64,000 nt of DNA from a virus (IMGVR_UViG_3300028380_000482:1-64000), one strand, 5' to 3'; counted from the stretch's first letter, positions 46,351 to 55,537 are shown. Numbers and translations are program-made. Notes: a model not told the origin generated them from the letters alone.

Positions 46351-46521
46351 AGAAAAAGTAACAGAGAGTGAAGGGAGGACAGCCTATGCAACACAACTGA
46401 GGTGGTGTGGAGTAGGGGATGGGATTCGGTAGGGGCTCTGAGCAAGTCCCTACCGATATGGGCAAAAACACTACACACAGAGCACTATACCTGCCCTGTG
46501 TCTAACCGCAACCCTATCAAC

Positions 46522-46677
46522 GGGTGCAAGCACCCCGACAGAGGGTGCAAGCACCCCGACAGAGGGTGCAAGCACCCCGACAGAGGGTGCAAGCACCCCG
46601 ACAGAGGGTGCAAGCACCCCGACAGAGGGTGCAAGCACCCCGACAGAGGGTGCAAGCACCCCGACAGAGGGTGCAAG
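46522..46677. repeat. perfect tandem array, 7 x 21 bp plus a 9-bp partial copy (GGGTGCAAGCACCCCGACAGA)
   Basis: Units start at 46522, 46543, 46564, 46585, 46606, 46627, 46648, 46669; each holds the dyad GGGTGC-AA-GCACCC. Confidence 0.97.
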
Positions 46678-46691
46678 GAGCTACGTCAGGT

Positions 46692-47096
46692 ATGCGATCG
46701 TTTATTGTTCGTTCTGCTTTGGCATTGGTCACTATTCTCAGTCTTAATCTTACCGTTACGTCGGGCGTTGAAGCCAAGGGCTGTCCTAATTGGTTTGCAC
46801 CCACCTCGACCCAGTGGGCCACGTGGCGGCCTGAGCTTGGGCTGGTCAATTTCTGGATTGATGTCATCGATCGGGACCAACCAAATACCTCCGCACCGCT
46901 GCGAATCTACGTGAATGGGCAGCACTACACCGACATTCCAAGCAGGCCGGGGGTCGATCTCAACGTCAACGTGCAGCCGAACACGGGTCTGGTTGAGTTC
47001 TATTATTTGGACCTCAATCAGTGCGTGGCGGTCCCGAACCCATTGCCGCCAATTTCTAGTTTACAGTGGAAGCGGATGTTCGCGTATTGGTTCTAA
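46692..47096 (+). CDS. secreted hypothetical protein
   Basis: AAGGAG RBS formed at the array end; signal peptide MRSFIVRSALALVTILSL...VEA/K. Confidence 0.65.
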   Translation: MRSFIVRSALALVTILSLNLTVTSGVEAKGCPNWFAPTSTQWATWRPELGLVNFWIDVIDRDQPNTSAPLRIYVNGQHYTDIPSRPGVDLNVNVQPNTGLVEFYYLDLNQCVAVPNPLPPISSLQWKRMFAYWF

Positions 47097-47242
47097 CATG
47101 CTGTTCGCTACGCTCATTCTTTTTACCCTGACGATGGTGTGTGTTGATGTCCTGACCGCGTACATCGCACGGCACCGCTCATAGTCACACAAATAACAAA
47201 CGGCCCCAAATACTGGGGCCTCTCGACAATAGGAGAAGCACA

Positions 47243-47836
47243 TTGAAAGCATTTATCTATACGTCAGCAATTGCTCTTACGCTCTTCACCGGGTCTGCCT
47301 TCGGTCAGACCTACAATCCCACTAAAAGCGACGAGGCTACGCGCAATACGGCCTCGGGTACATTCGCAGTGCCGAACAACAGCGGCAAGGACAACACCGG
47401 AATCGGCCACCGCACAATGCCAGTCCTGACTACAGGTATCCGTGATACGGCGACGGGAAGTGGGGCAGGGGCGGGGCTCACTACGGGACAAGAAAACAGC
47501 TTGTACGGCTATCGGGCGGGAACCTCGCTCAAGTTCGGGTCGGCCAATACGATGATGGGCGCCGACGCGGGCTGGAGGATGACCAACGGCACCAGCAATA
47601 CTATTCTCGGTTACTCCGCCTGTAATATGCTGACGACTGGAGCGAACAACACCTGCATCGGCGCGGGGGCGGGGGCAGCGGTCACCGGGATCGGCAATGT
47701 GATCATCGAGCATCCCGGGAAGGTGGGTGAGTCCTACGGTGTTCACATTGGCAGTGCAGCCCACACCAAAGTGACGGTCGGGGCGTACGATTTGGCAGAC
47801 TTCGATGCACGCTTAAAGGCGTGCGAAGCGAAGTAA
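47243..47836 (+). CDS. secreted beta-roll (NT.G repeat) adhesin/fibre-like protein
   Basis: Signal peptide SAFG/Q; ~14-aa NT..G..A repeats; C-terminal DARLKACE coil. Confidence 0.75.
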   Translation: MKAFIYTSAIALTLFTGSAFGQTYNPTKSDEATRNTASGTFAVPNNSGKDNTGIGHRTMPVLTTGIRDTATGSGAGAGLTTGQENSLYGYRAGTSLKFGSANTMMGADAGWRMTNGTSNTILGYSACNMLTTGANNTCIGAGAGAAVTGIGNVIIEHPGKVGESYGVHIGSAAHTKVTVGAYDLADFDARLKACEAK

Positions 47837-47906
47837 TTTCACACTGTAACCCCCCTACAAAGGGGGCTAGCAAGGGGCCTCGCGGCCCCTGAAAGAAGAA
47901 CGAATC

Positions 47907-48728
47907 ATGAAAGCATTTACGTCCTCCGTCCTTGCACTCACGTTGTGTAGCCTCACGAATCTTGCTCTGGCGCAGACGAGTGCGCAGCTTGCAACCCCAA
48001 CCTATAATCCCACCGCCAGTAGCATGAATAATAACACCGCAGGCGGGACCGGAGCCGTACCGGCAAATAAAGGGGGGAACAATACCGCCTTCGGACGAAA
48101 TGCGTTAGCCGTGACGACCGGTAATGGCAATGTGGGGATGGGAGTTGGCGCGTTACAAGCCTTGACGACGGGCAAGTGGAACACAGCCATCGGAACGAGC
48201 GCGGGCCGGATCATGACCACCCCTGCCGAAAATACCGTGGTCGGATTTCACGCGGGCTATTTTACCACCGAAGGGGTCGGAAATACTTTTGTCGGATCAC
48301 AAGCAGGCTTTGCCAATGCGACCGGCCTGAATAACACGTATCTCGGGGCGGGCGCGGGCAGCGGCTCGCGAGGAGATCGCAACGTCTTCCTCGGGGTCGC
48401 AGCGGGCAACAGTAATCTCTCCGGGTCGGGGAATATCTATATTAACCATGTCGGAGGAGAGCAAGCGGAATCGAACACCATGCGTTTAGGACAGCCCGAT
48501 GGGATTTTTGAGACCTATATTGCTGGGATTTGGGGCACGTCGGTGTTGGGTGCCCTCCCCGTCGTGATCAATGCCGAAGGGCAACTCGGCGTGGCGATGC
48601 CATCGCTGAACGAGCAGGCCGAAGGGGCCACGGTCGATCCACAAACCGCCGCGCTGATTGCGACCCTCATGCAGCGCATTGACCAGTTGGAAGCGCGGGT
48701 GGCGGAACTGGAAGCAGCGGGACAGTAA
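47907..48728 (+). CDS. secreted beta-roll adhesin/fibre-like protein (paralog of 47243)
   Basis: Signal peptide ALA/Q; NTAFG/NTAIG/NTFVG repeats; ESNTMRLG...TYIAGI; LEARVAELE coil. Confidence 0.8.
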   Translation: MKAFTSSVLALTLCSLTNLALAQTSAQLATPTYNPTASSMNNNTAGGTGAVPANKGGNNTAFGRNALAVTTGNGNVGMGVGALQALTTGKWNTAIGTSAGRIMTTPAENTVVGFHAGYFTTEGVGNTFVGSQAGFANATGLNNTYLGAGAGSGSRGDRNVFLGVAAGNSNLSGSGNIYINHVGGEQAESNTMRLGQPDGIFETYIAGIWGTSVLGALPVVINAEGQLGVAMPSLNEQAEGATVDPQTAALIATLMQRIDQLEARVAELEAAGQ

Positions 48729-48830
48729 GCAATGGTTACAAACTATGAGCCGAGTGTCAGCCCGATTCATAGCCAACCAATAGACCACCACAAGAACCTC
48801 CACTAAAGGGGCGAACGAAAAGGAACAAAT

Positions 48831-49433
48831 ATGTCATACGAGAATTTCAGAACTGAGGCAATTATTGCAAATTGGCGAGTCGGAACCGATAAGACGACGG
48901 CGCGCTTTACGGTCGAGCATCACAACAAGTTTGGTCAGCGGGTGGTCCGCACGGTGAAACATCCGTTTCGGGATGAGTGGCTCAAGCCAAGCGTAACGCG
49001 CTGGTGTACGCAAGCTGCCGTTGCTGACGATGAGAGCGGTGCACTCGTTGTGGTACTCATGCACGAAGAATGTTTGGTCGTGGTTCTCAATGCCCGCGAT
49101 TTTACGAAACAACTTTTTTGTTTTTATCCGAGCGATGAAGGAACAGGCTCCCTCATGTGCCAATTGCAAGATTTAGCCGATCAAACTCCGCGTGCTGAGA
49201 CCCGGACGATTGCCATTGAGACGCCCCTAGATGTGACCTTGCGCGCGGCTATTCATCGGCACTTGCGCCGCATTGCCGACATGCCGGGAGGCACGACGGG
49301 CGCATTAGCGAAACAGACAATCACGATCTTTTCACCGAAGGATTCACAGGCCGTGGAGACGGAGACGGCCCATACGTTAGCAGACCTGCTCCAGTCCGCC
49401 AGTGGTCGTGAATTTCAGTATTCAGTACGATAA
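48831..49433 (+). CDS. hypothetical protein
   Basis: AAGGA RBS; 200 aa. Confidence 0.65.
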   Translation: MSYENFRTEAIIANWRVGTDKTTARFTVEHHNKFGQRVVRTVKHPFRDEWLKPSVTRWCTQAAVADDESGALVVVLMHEECLVVVLNARDFTKQLFCFYPSDEGTGSLMCQLQDLADQTPRAETRTIAIETPLDVTLRAAIHRHLRRIADMPGGTTGALAKQTITIFSPKDSQAVETETAHTLADLLQSASGREFQYSVR

Positions 49434-49679
49434 ACTAATCAGACTGTTTCTCTGTTCCATAAGGGCTTTCTCTGACTCTATTGACTGCGTTGATAACATT
49501 CAGTGAAGTCGTGAGAGTGTCTGACCGAGTACAAGCGGTCGAGCGGCAGAGAAACCACAGGCCGGGGCGCCGCATCACCCTTCGCGGCACCGATCATAAA
49601 GTCAGCCCCGGCTTTGTGACCTTCCCCCATAACAAGACCTTTTTTCTTTACAGCAGGTACATTTTTATTATCTCCCCTC

Positions 49680-49708
49680 TTGTCAACAGGTACAATTTAA
49701 TGTATTAT
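49680..49708 (+). promoter_or_regulatory. promoter with AGGTACAATTT box
   Basis: TTGTCA-acaggtacaatttaatg-TATTAT. Confidence 0.7.
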
Positions 49709-49733
49709 TAGCCAAAGGAAGGAAGATCACAGC

Positions 49734-49997
49734 ATGTGCGTCTGTACGGTCGATGTTCTGTGTGAAGAAGCGAAAGAAGATTGGATTGCGTTGAACGAAT
49801 ACCGGGAAACGCCACAGAAGCAGCGCATATTGAATAACCGATGGTATGAGGAAACAAAAGCGGCGTTCGTTAAACATCGGACCTTTGCCCTACACATCAA
49901 GCAGAGGACCGGCGGGAGCACAGGCTACGCGTATTACCCCGACTGGCGCGAGCGATTGAAACCAGACTGGAAACCAACAAAGGAGCAGAAATCATGA
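49734..49997 (+). CDS. hypothetical protein
   Basis: First ORF after the promoter. Confidence 0.55.
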   Translation: MCVCTVDVLCEEAKEDWIALNEYRETPQKQRILNNRWYEETKAAFVKHRTFALHIKQRTGGSTGYAYYPDWRERLKPDWKPTKEQKS

Positions 49998-50557
49998 CAC
50001 CTGCCGAACGTGACTTTTTGTGCAGTATCCGCAAGGCCGAGGGACTCGAACCGGTCTTGCGCGTGTTACTGGATAATGGACAAACCAACAACGACACGGC
50101 ACCAGGAAAACTGACACCGGAAGTGACAGCGCGCATCTTTGCTCTCCGAGGACAGGGGAAGTCCGCTCGTGAAATTGCGGACATGGTGAAGCGGTCGAAA
50201 ACCTCGATTGACTCACTCTTTGCGGCAGAGCGGCAGAGATCGGCGTTACGGGCGGCGAAGGCCACGGACGGACAACGCGACCCGCACGACCACAGGGTGT
50301 TGCCCGAGGTTCTTCCACGTGACCCTCGCATTGGCCGATTGCCGCTCGTCAAAGGTATGTCTCCCTTCGGCAAGAAGCAACCTAAACCACGCCGCCCGAT
50401 CACGCCGAAGGAAGAATCTTTGATCCTCAGTCTTACGCGCCAAGGAACCAGCGTGGCCGACATCTCCGACCAGCTAGAGCGATCAGAAACCGGCATTCGT
50501 CATGTCTTAGAGCGCAACGGATTGCAACCACAAAAGAGGAAAGGAACTTCCAAATGA
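49994..50557 (+). CDS. tandem-HTH DNA-binding protein
   Basis: RGQGKSAREIADMVKRSKTSI and RQGTSVADISDQLERSETGIRH. Confidence 0.75.
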   Translation: MTPAERDFLCSIRKAEGLEPVLRVLLDNGQTNNDTAPGKLTPEVTARIFALRGQGKSAREIADMVKRSKTSIDSLFAAERQRSALRAAKATDGQRDPHDHRVLPEVLPRDPRIGRLPLVKGMSPFGKKQPKPRRPITPKEESLILSLTRQGTSVADISDQLERSETGIRHVLERNGLQPQKRKGTSK

Positions 50558-51234
50558 ATACTCACCATGAAGTGTTTAGCGTAACGGTCAGAGACGGAGA
50601 ACTCGCGTTCGGTGTCCGAGAAATAACCGGCAAGGAAGTCTTTCGGGCGATTTTCACCAAACCGGCAGCGGAGGAGCTAGCAAAACTCTGTGACAAGTGG
50701 CCGGGGCGCGACTGGCCCTTTTATCGAGGTCTGCTGAGCACAGAGCGGTTCATTCTTCCGTGTGAGAGCGAAGATCCGACGCCCCTCGCAGAGCCACGAT
50801 CAGAACAAGAGAAGACCGGATTGCAAGAGGTGCTCTCCAAACTGGAATCTTTAATCCAGACGATGGAGGACATCGGCGTCGCGCGAGACTTCCTACCCCA
50901 AGAAGACTGGCTTGCCATCTTCTATGATCCCTCCGATCCGAGTTTTGATGATGTCGCGGAGCTACTACATGCGTGGCAAGACAAAGCAGAGCAGCGCGTT
51001 GCTGAGGAAACGGCAAAGAAGGACGCGGCGAAACATGTTGATCGAGCGGCAGAAATCCTCAGGTTCTATCGGGGACTAACGCCGGGCGAGCTGCAAGAAA
51101 CCGAAGGAACGATCACTTCGTTACTCGCCGATCTGCTGCACTACGTACAAGAAGACATGACTGAAAAACCGCAGGACGTGCTTGCTGAAGCGGTGGACAA
51201 TGCCGTTCGGTACTTTGAGAGCGAATCCAAATAA
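50554..51234 (+). CDS. acidic hypothetical phage protein
   Basis: ITSLLADLLHY...A.RYFE motif. Confidence 0.7.
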   Translation: MNTHHEVFSVTVRDGELAFGVREITGKEVFRAIFTKPAAEELAKLCDKWPGRDWPFYRGLLSTERFILPCESEDPTPLAEPRSEQEKTGLQEVLSKLESLIQTMEDIGVARDFLPQEDWLAIFYDPSDPSFDDVAELLHAWQDKAEQRVAEETAKKDAAKHVDRAAEILRFYRGLTPGELQETEGTITSLLADLLHYVQEDMTEKPQDVLAEAVDNAVRYFESESK

Positions 51235-51284
51235 GCAACCCGGCTCCCCCGGACCGGGGAGCCGTACACAAGAAGGGAGGCGAG

Positions 51285-51671
51285 GTGGTACAGAAGCAAA
51301 AGAAGATACTTTCGCTTGAGGAAGTCAAAACCCGGACCGATGGTTGGGAATCGGCGCCCGTCCAGACAGAGACGTGGTGTGTCGATGTTCGCCCGCCGAA
51401 ACCAATATTTAGGTTTATTGCAGGCGAACAGCATATTGCGATCCAGAGTCGCACACTGCTTGATGCGTGGAACGCGCTGACCATTAAAGCAAAGCAGCAA
51501 CCGCTCCCCATTGAATTTTCCCGGCAGGTTATCACTGCCTATGATACAGAGGGAACCGTGCTTGGCGCACGTTCGTGGATTAAATGGCAAGAGTTATTGT
51601 GGGAGGATACCTACGGCCCAAACTGGCGCGAAATTATGGATCATGCCGACAGTCTACGGAAAGGAGAATAA
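51285..51671 (+). CDS. hypothetical protein
   Basis: GGAGG RBS. Confidence 0.6.
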   Translation: MVQKQKKILSLEEVKTRTDGWESAPVQTETWCVDVRPPKPIFRFIAGEQHIAIQSRTLLDAWNALTIKAKQQPLPIEFSRQVITAYDTEGTVLGARSWIKWQELLWEDTYGPNWREIMDHADSLRKGE

Positions 51672-51672
51672 C

Positions 51673-52026
51673 ATGCTGCCCAGTGTCAAACCCGCCCACC
51701 CTACAAAGGTGGCAAGCGAATGCTATGGGTCGTTCGTAGCAGCTATGCTTATCTTTGTGACGGCGTTCGCGGCGGGCTATCTGTTCCCGACCCCGGAACC
51801 TGCCGCGCAGGCCGCAGAACGTCACTTCTGTGTGTATTCGTGGCAGCAGGCCGCAAGCATTGCTCGAAACTTCTCGCCTTCAGTTTCAGAGTTTGAATAC
51901 CGCACGCCCGAGGGAGGAACGGTCATTTGCACGGAAGTCTGTTTGCAGGAAGGCTGCCCTGAGAACACATTTAGTGATAAAGTGAATCAGGGGGAAGTAA
52001 CAGGCTGGCTGCGAAACTCGGAATAG
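51673..52026 (+). CDS. membrane-anchored hypothetical protein
   Basis: AAGGAG RBS; TM segment. Confidence 0.6.
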   Translation: MLPSVKPAHPTKVASECYGSFVAAMLIFVTAFAAGYLFPTPEPAAQAAERHFCVYSWQQAASIARNFSPSVSEFEYRTPEGGTVICTEVCLQEGCPENTFSDKVNQGEVTGWLRNSE

Positions 52027-52035
52027 GAGCCACAC

Positions 52036-52302
52036 ATGCCCGCAATAGTTTTCATTCTTTTCACTTTGTATCTTACGTTATCTTTTGAGCCGCCGTTCGG
52101 AGATCCCTTCTTGTCGGACCAGCCAAGAAAATCCCCGCAAGAAATCGCAGCCTATCACATCCAAGTCTGCAATGATTTGTGGCGAGAGCATCCCGATAAT
52201 ACCCTGCTCGATGGTGAAATGTGTTCTGAATGGCGTCGGCGAAAAATTGCCGAAGGCGGCTTTATTGCCGAGAAGGAGGACCCCCATGCTCACATCAACT
52301 GA
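52036..52302 (+). CDS. membrane-anchored hypothetical protein
   Basis: AGGAG RBS; N-terminal hydrophobic segment. Confidence 0.55.
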   Translation: MPAIVFILFTLYLTLSFEPPFGDPFLSDQPRKSPQEIAAYHIQVCNDLWREHPDNTLLDGEMCSEWRRRKIAEGGFIAEKEDPHAHIN

Positions 52303-52633
52303 AGCCTTATTCGTCGCCGATGCCGCCGAGAAATACCCAGTCGGCTGGGGCAAATATTGGCTCAAAAGCAACCCGTCGCATTATACAGCCGAGGACATTG
52401 CCAATCGGCAACCGGCATTCCTGAGCCGCTACGGCTGACCGGCTGTGCAACTCGCTCTGTATCGGGCGGGATCACGGAAACTGATAGAGGACGACCTTGT
52501 CAAAGCCATGACTGACATTAGCCGGACCGGGGGGTGGAAACATCCCGAGCATTACGCAGAGGCACTGAATGAAAATCCATACGGCGTGGCAACCGTACTC
52601 CGCGCATACGCCGTGAAACAGTGAGGAAGAACA

Positions 52634-52834
52634 GTGAACACCTCGAAATACGTGCGCGCCTTAGAGAAGCATCGCCGCGAAACGCATAGCTGGCTCGTCA
52701 TCTCCGGCATGGTGCGGATCTATTCTTCAACCAAGATTGAGCCGCAACTCATGTGCAATGAGTGCCAGCAGATTATTATAGTAGAGGAACCAAAAGAACC
52801 CGAAGATAAACCAGAAGGAAACGAACCACAATGA
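52634..52834 (+). CDS. small Zn-ribbon-like protein
   Basis: CNEC; GAGGA RBS. Confidence 0.45.
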   Translation: MNTSKYVRALEKHRRETHSWLVISGMVRIYSSTKIEPQLMCNECQQIIIVEEPKEPEDKPEGNEPQ

Positions 52835-53040
52835 AACAATCAACACGGACAAAGCAGAAAGCAAAACCATTTGCTGATCTGATGGAAATTAAAACTGAGA
52901 CGGTCGCGCAATGTGGACTGTGTCTATGGCATCATATAAGTGCGTATCCCATGTCCGCGTGCAGCGAGGCGCTCAGTCATTTGCAGAATAGTCATCCGCT
53001 TGAATCGTCCCATCTGTCATTTTTTACAGGGGAATTCTAG
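52831..53040 (+). CDS. small C2H2-like protein
   Basis: CGLC...HLQNSH. Confidence 0.45.
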   Translation: MKQSTRTKQKAKPFADLMEIKTETVAQCGLCLWHHISAYPMSACSEALSHLQNSHPLESSHLSFFTGEF

Positions 53041-53340
53041 GCCGCTATTGCCGTGTGATTTTTTCGTAGTGAAGCGGAAGTGGGCGGAATCTTTCATCGC
53101 AGCTTCCCTAAAGAAAAACCCCCTACGCAATCGACCTGTTAGGATCGAATATCGAATAGGGGGAATTTTCTTACAGCTTCCTCTCGCCGGTTCGCATTCG
53201 CTGTTCGTGCCGCCGGACGGAAAGGGTCTCCGAGCCCCGCGAGCGTCCCTTTCAGGGCGACTTATTACGGGGGAAGGATAGGCATTCTTCTACGCTGTTC
53301 GTGAAATCTGTCAAGCCTGCACCCTTGGTCGGAATGCGCC

Positions 53341-53379
53341 AAAAGAAAGAGCCCTCGGCGGGGTGGGCAGGGGGCTCTT
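53341..53379 (-). terminator. intrinsic terminator ending the late/lysis transcript
   Basis: Minus strand AAGAGCCC...GGGCTCTT-TCTTTT. Confidence 0.7.
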
Positions 53380-53442
53380 ACAATGGGAATGGATATGTTG
53401 AGTACGGCGAGTATACGCTCGCTGTTGGCTGCATGTCAAATT

Positions 53443-53754
53443 TTACTGCGGAGCAACGTCGGGATGGGGAGAGGGTTGCGGCGGGGCCGTCTCAGCGGGG
53501 GACGGGGCAGGAGTAGGGGCGGGCGGTGGTGTAGTGTCTTTGGTAATCCCTTCAAGCCGCGCTTTTTCTTGCATCGCCTGACGGAATTGCTGCTGCGCAA
53601 CCGCAACATTGAGTTGCGCATTTTGTTGCAATAGGTTTTGCACCTGCAATTTTTCCTGCACACACTCCTCGGCCTGCGCCGGAAGGAGATGAATCAGGAA
53701 AGCAAACAATAACCCGACGACTACCCCCGCCCCTGCTTGAATCAGTTTGTTCAT
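53443..53754 (-). CDS. spanin-like/exported coiled-coil lysis accessory protein
   Basis: N-terminal TM, Gln-rich coil, Pro-rich tail; immediately after the endolysin. Confidence 0.5.
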   Translation of the reverse strand: MNKLIQAGAGVVVGLLFAFLIHLLPAQAEECVQEKLQVQNLLQQNAQLNVAVAQQQFRQAMQEKARLEGITKDTTPPPAPTPAPSPAETAPPQPSPHPDVAPQ

Positions 53755-54368
53755 ATTTCTTTCCTCCCTCTCGGCATTATACTCGCAGTGAGTATGTGGT
53801 CAAATTGTTGCGCAAGTCCTGCAATCTTGGCCGCCTGATCGGTCCCATTCACACAGCGGCGGGCGTCATAATAACTCCACGTCTTCCCATCAAGATACTG
53901 CCCGAGCCGTTTGCCAGTAAACAACCCTTCACACATCCCGAGCGAGGCAATGCGATAGCTATGTTCTGCCTCAAGCGCTAATTCAGGGGTAGTAAGGAGA
54001 TCCACGCCCAAGAGGCCAGAGAACGTCTCAAAATGTCCCCGCCCAGTAATCTGCACGTACCCATGCCCACAGTAGGTGTATGCGTCGGAGAGGGACTGAT
54101 TCCCGAGCACGTTGCAAATCTTTTTGTTGTGCCAGTAGCGCCGCACGAAGTATTCCTTGCCGCCCCGTTCCCGGATCGGCTGCCAGGTATCCGCAGTTTC
54201 GTGTTTGGTTGTCGCTAGGAAGTAGCTCACATACCGAGGATTTGCAGTGAGGACTTGGTCTGACTCGATGCAGGACAGGAGAGTCGTGAGGCCGTCGACT
54301 TGTGATTGCGAGAGCGAACCGAACGCCCGCCGATAGCCTGCGAAGAATTTTGCCCGGTCGATTTTCAC
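53751..54368 (-). CDS. endolysin, glycoside hydrolase family 19
   Basis: LSQSQVDG, YFLATTKHETA.TWQPIRE.G, GHGYVQITG, FTGKRL..Y, ARRCVNGTDQA..IA. Confidence 0.9.
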   Translation of the reverse strand: MKIDRAKFFAGYRRAFGSLSQSQVDGLTTLLSCIESDQVLTANPRYVSYFLATTKHETADTWQPIRERGGKEYFVRRYWHNKKICNVLGNQSLSDAYTYCGHGYVQITGRGHFETFSGLLGVDLLTTPELALEAEHSYRIASLGMCEGLFTGKRLGQYLDGKTWSYYDARRCVNGTDQAAKIAGLAQQFDHILTASIMPRGRKEI

Positions 54369-54369
54369 G

Positions 54370-54717
54370 TTACGGCCCTTCCCCCCCGAACACTTTTGCC
54401 GCCACGGCGCGAATCAACAAGGCACCAATCACTGCGGCCACCACTTGCCACACGCGGGCGTTACTACTGGCTTTCTCCGTCACCAGTTTCTTCACCTCGT
54501 TTTCGATAGCGGCAATACGACTCGTAAATCCTCCACTGCCTTTCTCGTCGCCGCGTAACGTCTTGAGAATGTAGAATATCAGGTCGTGATCCTTCGCCTG
54601 TTCGGCTTCCATGTGTTTGGTATTGGCAGCGAGGATGGCGACCTGCTCCTTGAGGCTATCAATGGCGACATGGAGCCGCTCGACATGGGCCTCAAGCCGA
54701 GCATCTCCGTTACTCAC
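54370..54717 (-). CDS. holin-like/hemolysin XhlA-like coiled-coil protein with C-terminal TM
   Basis: Coil plus C-terminal TM directly upstream of the endolysin. Confidence 0.6.
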   Translation of the reverse strand: MSNGDARLEAHVERLHVAIDSLKEQVAILAANTKHMEAEQAKDHDLIFYILKTLRGDEKGSGGFTSRIAAIENEVKKLVTEKASSNARVWQVVAAVIGALLIRAVAAKVFGGEGP

Positions 54718-54718
54718 G

Positions 54719-55081
54719 TTACCTCCGCATCCAGGGCGGGAGCCCTTCGGGCGGAGGTTGGAGGAGTAAGCTATCCGGGGTGGGTTTCAACACGCCGACC
54801 ACCATCCGAGGATGAGCGGTTTTCAGTGGCTGTGTGGTGAGGCGACGAAGAATGATATTGATAAACGCGGTCACTGTGGTGATAGTCCCAGGGGGAACGA
54901 TGCCAAGGGTGCCGATAAGCTGGAGTGCTTCCAAGCTCGCCGCGCTGACGTTGAACCACACGGTTTTCGATTTCCACCATTCTTTGCCGACCACTTCGAT
55001 TTCGACGGTATTGGTAGGCAGGTCCGTTCCTAACGGGGGTATCAGCGACCCTAACACAAAGGGCGGAGTCGGTTCGGTCAT
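54719..55081 (-). CDS. putative holin
   Basis: KEWWKSKTVWFN...INIILRRLTTQP motif. Confidence 0.65.
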   Translation of the reverse strand: MTEPTPPFVLGSLIPPLGTDLPTNTVEIEVVGKEWWKSKTVWFNVSAASLEALQLIGTLGIVPPGTITTVTAFINIILRRLTTQPLKTAHPRMVVGVLKPTPDSLLLQPPPEGLPPWMRR

Positions 55082-55236
55082 AGCCAGACCCCAAGCAATC
55101 GAAGGAGGTAAATAATGACCGCAACCGCGACCACCACACGAAAGATGTTCTTGAGCTGGGCATCGGAGACAAGGGTCTCAATCACATAGAGGACAAGGGC
55201 CAAAACCAGGATGAGAATGAGCAGTTGCATAATCAT
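55078..55236 (-). CDS. small two-TM membrane protein (52 aa)
   Basis: Own translation MIMQLLILILVLALVLYVIETL...IFRVVVAVAVIIYLLRLLGVWL; ATGA-coupled at both ends. Confidence 0.65.
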   Translation of the reverse strand: MIMQLLILILVLALVLYVIETLVSDAQLKNIFRVVVAVAVIIYLLRLLGVWL

Positions 55237-55520
55237 GGCTTATCTCCCCTCTTCTTCTCTTCACGTTCGATCTTGGTAAACAGATCAGGAGTTGGGAGCG
55301 GATCGAACTGCCCCTCTTCCTCTGGCGGCGGGGCCGAGAAGAAGTTCCGTGCCACTGCCGTCGCCTCTTCATTATCTTTAGCCGCAAGTCCAATCACCGC
55401 TGTTCCTGCGGCTTGGATCGCCCCCCCAAGCACCGGATTGAATGCGACACTGACCACATAGCCCGCGATGTTGGTAATTCCCCCGACGGTCGTCCAGAGG
55501 TTCTTGCGTTTCTTCTTCAT
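55233..55520 (-). CDS. holin-like membrane protein
   Basis: KNLWTTVGG...IGLAAKD motif; GGAGG RBS. Confidence 0.6.
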   Translation of the reverse strand: MKKKRKNLWTTVGGITNIAGYVVSVAFNPVLGGAIQAAGTAVIGLAAKDNEEATAVARNFFSAPPPEEEGQFDPLPTPDLFTKIEREEKKRGDKP

Positions 55521-55537
55521 GTGATGCCCTCCTTCCC

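Noticed and set aside
46522-46677. CRISPR array
   Set aside because: Units are identical and contiguous, with no variable spacers; no cas genes in the window.
46402-46914. Repeat-containing ORFs (GCKHPDR, VQAPRQR and reverse frames)
   Set aside because: Open frames are a by-product of a stop-free 21-bp repeat; the credible gene starts at 46692 with an RBS and signal peptide.
49431-49446. Possible self-target of the TnpB guide (CTGATTAGT on the minus strand)
   Set aside because: Only a 9-nt match, which is expected by chance in 64 kb.
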